Assembly (NCBI RefSeq): GCF_000011805.1
Contig: NC_006840.2
Strand: one strand, 5' to 3'
DNA length: 32,000 nucleotides
Origin: Aliivibrio fischeri ES114
Lineage (GTDB): Bacteria; Pseudomonadota; Gammaproteobacteria; Enterobacterales; Vibrionaceae
How positions within the stretch are numbered: position 1 is the first letter of the stretch; each line of letters starts with the position of its first letter. Under the pieces are notes generated by a model, which did not search any database, was not told the origin of the DNA, and saw only the letters and a program-made list of their open reading frames with translations. A program made the translations under genes and the position numbers. Below, one piece after another: positions 30,318 through 32,000 of this stretch.

Positions 30318-31748
30318 TTAGAATTTTTTCGATATCAGTGCAGCACCTGCAATAATACCTACACCAAGCAGCATAATAGCGCCTTTGCCACTATCAAATC
30401 CTGATGAAATCCCCATAAATGCAACAATTGCGATTGCCACAGGGATGATAAACTTAACTAAAGCATACCATAGACCAAACAATGGGAATTTCACTTCACC
30501 ACCGTTCGTGATCTCATCTTCTAGATCTTCACGTTTCAATCTCCAACCAGCAAAGATACATACCAACATACCGCCAACGGCTAAGAAGATTTTATCTGTT
30601 AACAAGTCAAAAATATCAAAGGCACCAGTATCAAATAATGTTGGTCCAACGCCACCTAAAGATAGAGAAGCAAAGATACATAAAACAGCCATTACCGAAC
30701 TTGCTGTAATCACCGCTTTAACACGTGATAACCCTTTTTCATCAATTAAGTAAGACACAACAACTTCTAATAAAGAAACAGAAGATGTCAGTGCAGCAAC
30801 ACTTAAACCAATAAAGAACATAAGAGCTAAAAGAAGACCGATAATTCCGCCCATTTCAGCAAATAACTGAGGTACCACAACAAATACAAGACCCGGCCCT
30901 GCTGTTGGTGCCATACCAAATGCAAACATTGCAGGGAACATTGCTACACCAGCAAGAATTGCAACGCCTGTATCCATTGCTGTAACCATTGCTGTTGTTT
31001 GTACTAAGTTTTCTTTTTTCTTCAAATAAGAACCGTACGTCATCATACAACCCATACCCAAAGATAATGAAAAGAAAGCTTGGCCTAGAGCAGCCAAAAT
31101 AACGTTACTATCAATTTTTGAAAAATCAGGACTAAATAAAAACTCAAGACCCGCCATTGAACCAGGAAGCATTAACCCTTTTACTGAAACAATAATCAGG
31201 ATAATGAAAAGCAATGGCATTAATATTTTACCTGCTTTCTCAATACCACCAGAAATACCTTTCATTACAATGACGATATTTAAAAATAGATAAAAAGCCA
31301 TCCACATTAACGGTTGAATTGGATCAGAAATAAATCCACCAAAACTATCACCAATTGCTTCTGGAGCGCTTAATAAGCCCGTACCAACTTTAGCAATGTA
31401 AGCAATAGCCCAACCACCTACTACAGGGTAGAAACCCATGATCAATAGACCACTTGTTACACCGATGACACCAGCAAAGGTCCAACGGCGATCTGTAGAT
31501 TTAAAAGCACCTACTGCTGATTTTTGTGTTCGACGACCGATAGCAAACTCAGTCAACATCACACTAAAACCGATAAAAATAACGAAGAACAGATAGATAA
31601 CAACAAATGCACCACCACCATTATCTCCAGCTGTATATGGAAACTTCCAAATATTACCAAGGCCAACAGCTGATCCCGCTGCCGCCATGACAAACCCTAA
31701 CTTTGAACCCCAATTGTCGCGGGGCTTCGTAGAAGCGCTCATACCCAC
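30318..31748 (-). CDS. Na+-dependent transporter of the neurotransmitter:sodium symporter (NSS/SNF) family; ORF open to 31769, GTG start at 31748 preferred
   Basis: WGSKLGFVMAAAGSAVGLGNIWKFPYTAGDNGGGAFVVIYLFFVIFIG, canonical NSS TM1 motif. GGAG lies 6 nt upstream of the in-frame GTG at 31748; no SD before the 31769 ATG. Confidence 0.92.
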   Translation of the reverse strand: MGMSASTKPRDNWGSKLGFVMAAAGSAVGLGNIWKFPYTAGDNGGGAFVVIYLFFVIFIGFSVMLTEFAIGRRTQKSAVGAFKSTDRRWTFAGVIGVTSGLLIMGFYPVVGGWAIAYIAKVGTGLLSAPEAIGDSFGGFISDPIQPLMWMAFYLFLNIVIVMKGISGGIEKAGKILMPLLFIILIIVSVKGLMLPGSMAGLEFLFSPDFSKIDSNVILAALGQAFFSLSLGMGCMMTYGSYLKKKENLVQTTAMVTAMDTGVAILAGVAMFPAMFAFGMAPTAGPGLVFVVVPQLFAEMGGIIGLLLALMFFIGLSVAALTSSVSLLEVVVSYLIDEKGLSRVKAVITASSVMAVLCIFASLSLGGVGPTLFDTGAFDIFDLLTDKIFLAVGGMLVCIFAGWRLKREDLEDEITNGGEVKFPLFGLWYALVKFIIPVAIAIVAFMGISSGFDSGKGAIMLLGVGIIAGAALISKKF

Positions 31749-31801
31749 GTTTATCTCCAAACTATCCATGCTGTGTTAATAAATTTACGCCAAAAATGTT
31801 G

Positions 31802-31819
31802 TGTACATATTTTTGTACA
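31802..31819. promoter_or_regulatory. Candidate TyrR-box-like palindrome
   Basis: TGTACA-TATTTT-TGTACA; 10 of 12 consensus positions of TGTAAA-N6-TTTACA, with the G-N14-C spacing preserved. Confidence 0.4.
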
Positions 31820-32000
31820 TTCTAAAAATTGGAATGGCGTACCATCAATTGCAAGTAAAACAGTTTAAGAATAAAATTGGAACCCCAGAGTTGCATTTTT
31901 TTAACATATGACACCTTTTTGTGTCCTATATGTTTACAATTTCATCAATAATTTTTATTTTGTAAATTTTTGCATTCCTATCTACTCTTTTCTTATCACT

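Overview
This looks like an ordinary Vibrionaceae (Aliivibrio/Vibrio-like) chromosomal core region, and I see no novel defence, mobile or CRISPR-type system in it. From left to right: a truncated RND efflux pump gene with its membrane-fusion partner (- strand); five identical tandem tRNA-Tyr(GUA) genes at a 166-bp period; a small Cys-rich ORF; xthA; grxB; a basic amino-acid ABC transporter operon (HisP/HisJ/HisQ/HisM-like, - strand); a 502-aa multi-pass membrane protein (DUF3360-like) next to pflB and pflA; roxA (ycfD); oppABCDF (- strand); a secreted GH18 chitinase with PKD-like and CBM5/12 modules; tdk; cysS; ppiB; lpxH; a degenerate EAL-HDOD protein; a YchJ-family SEC-C protein; and an NSS-family Na+-dependent transporter. 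The most interesting signals are regulatory: a nested multi-hairpin leader upstream of pflB, a near-perfect FNR-like site upstream of the pfl-adjacent transporter, an ARG box upstream of the amino-acid ABC operon, a TyrR-box-like palindrome upstream of the NSS transporter, and perfect intergenic hairpins inside the opp and His-type operons. All are read by eye and need computational or experimental checks.
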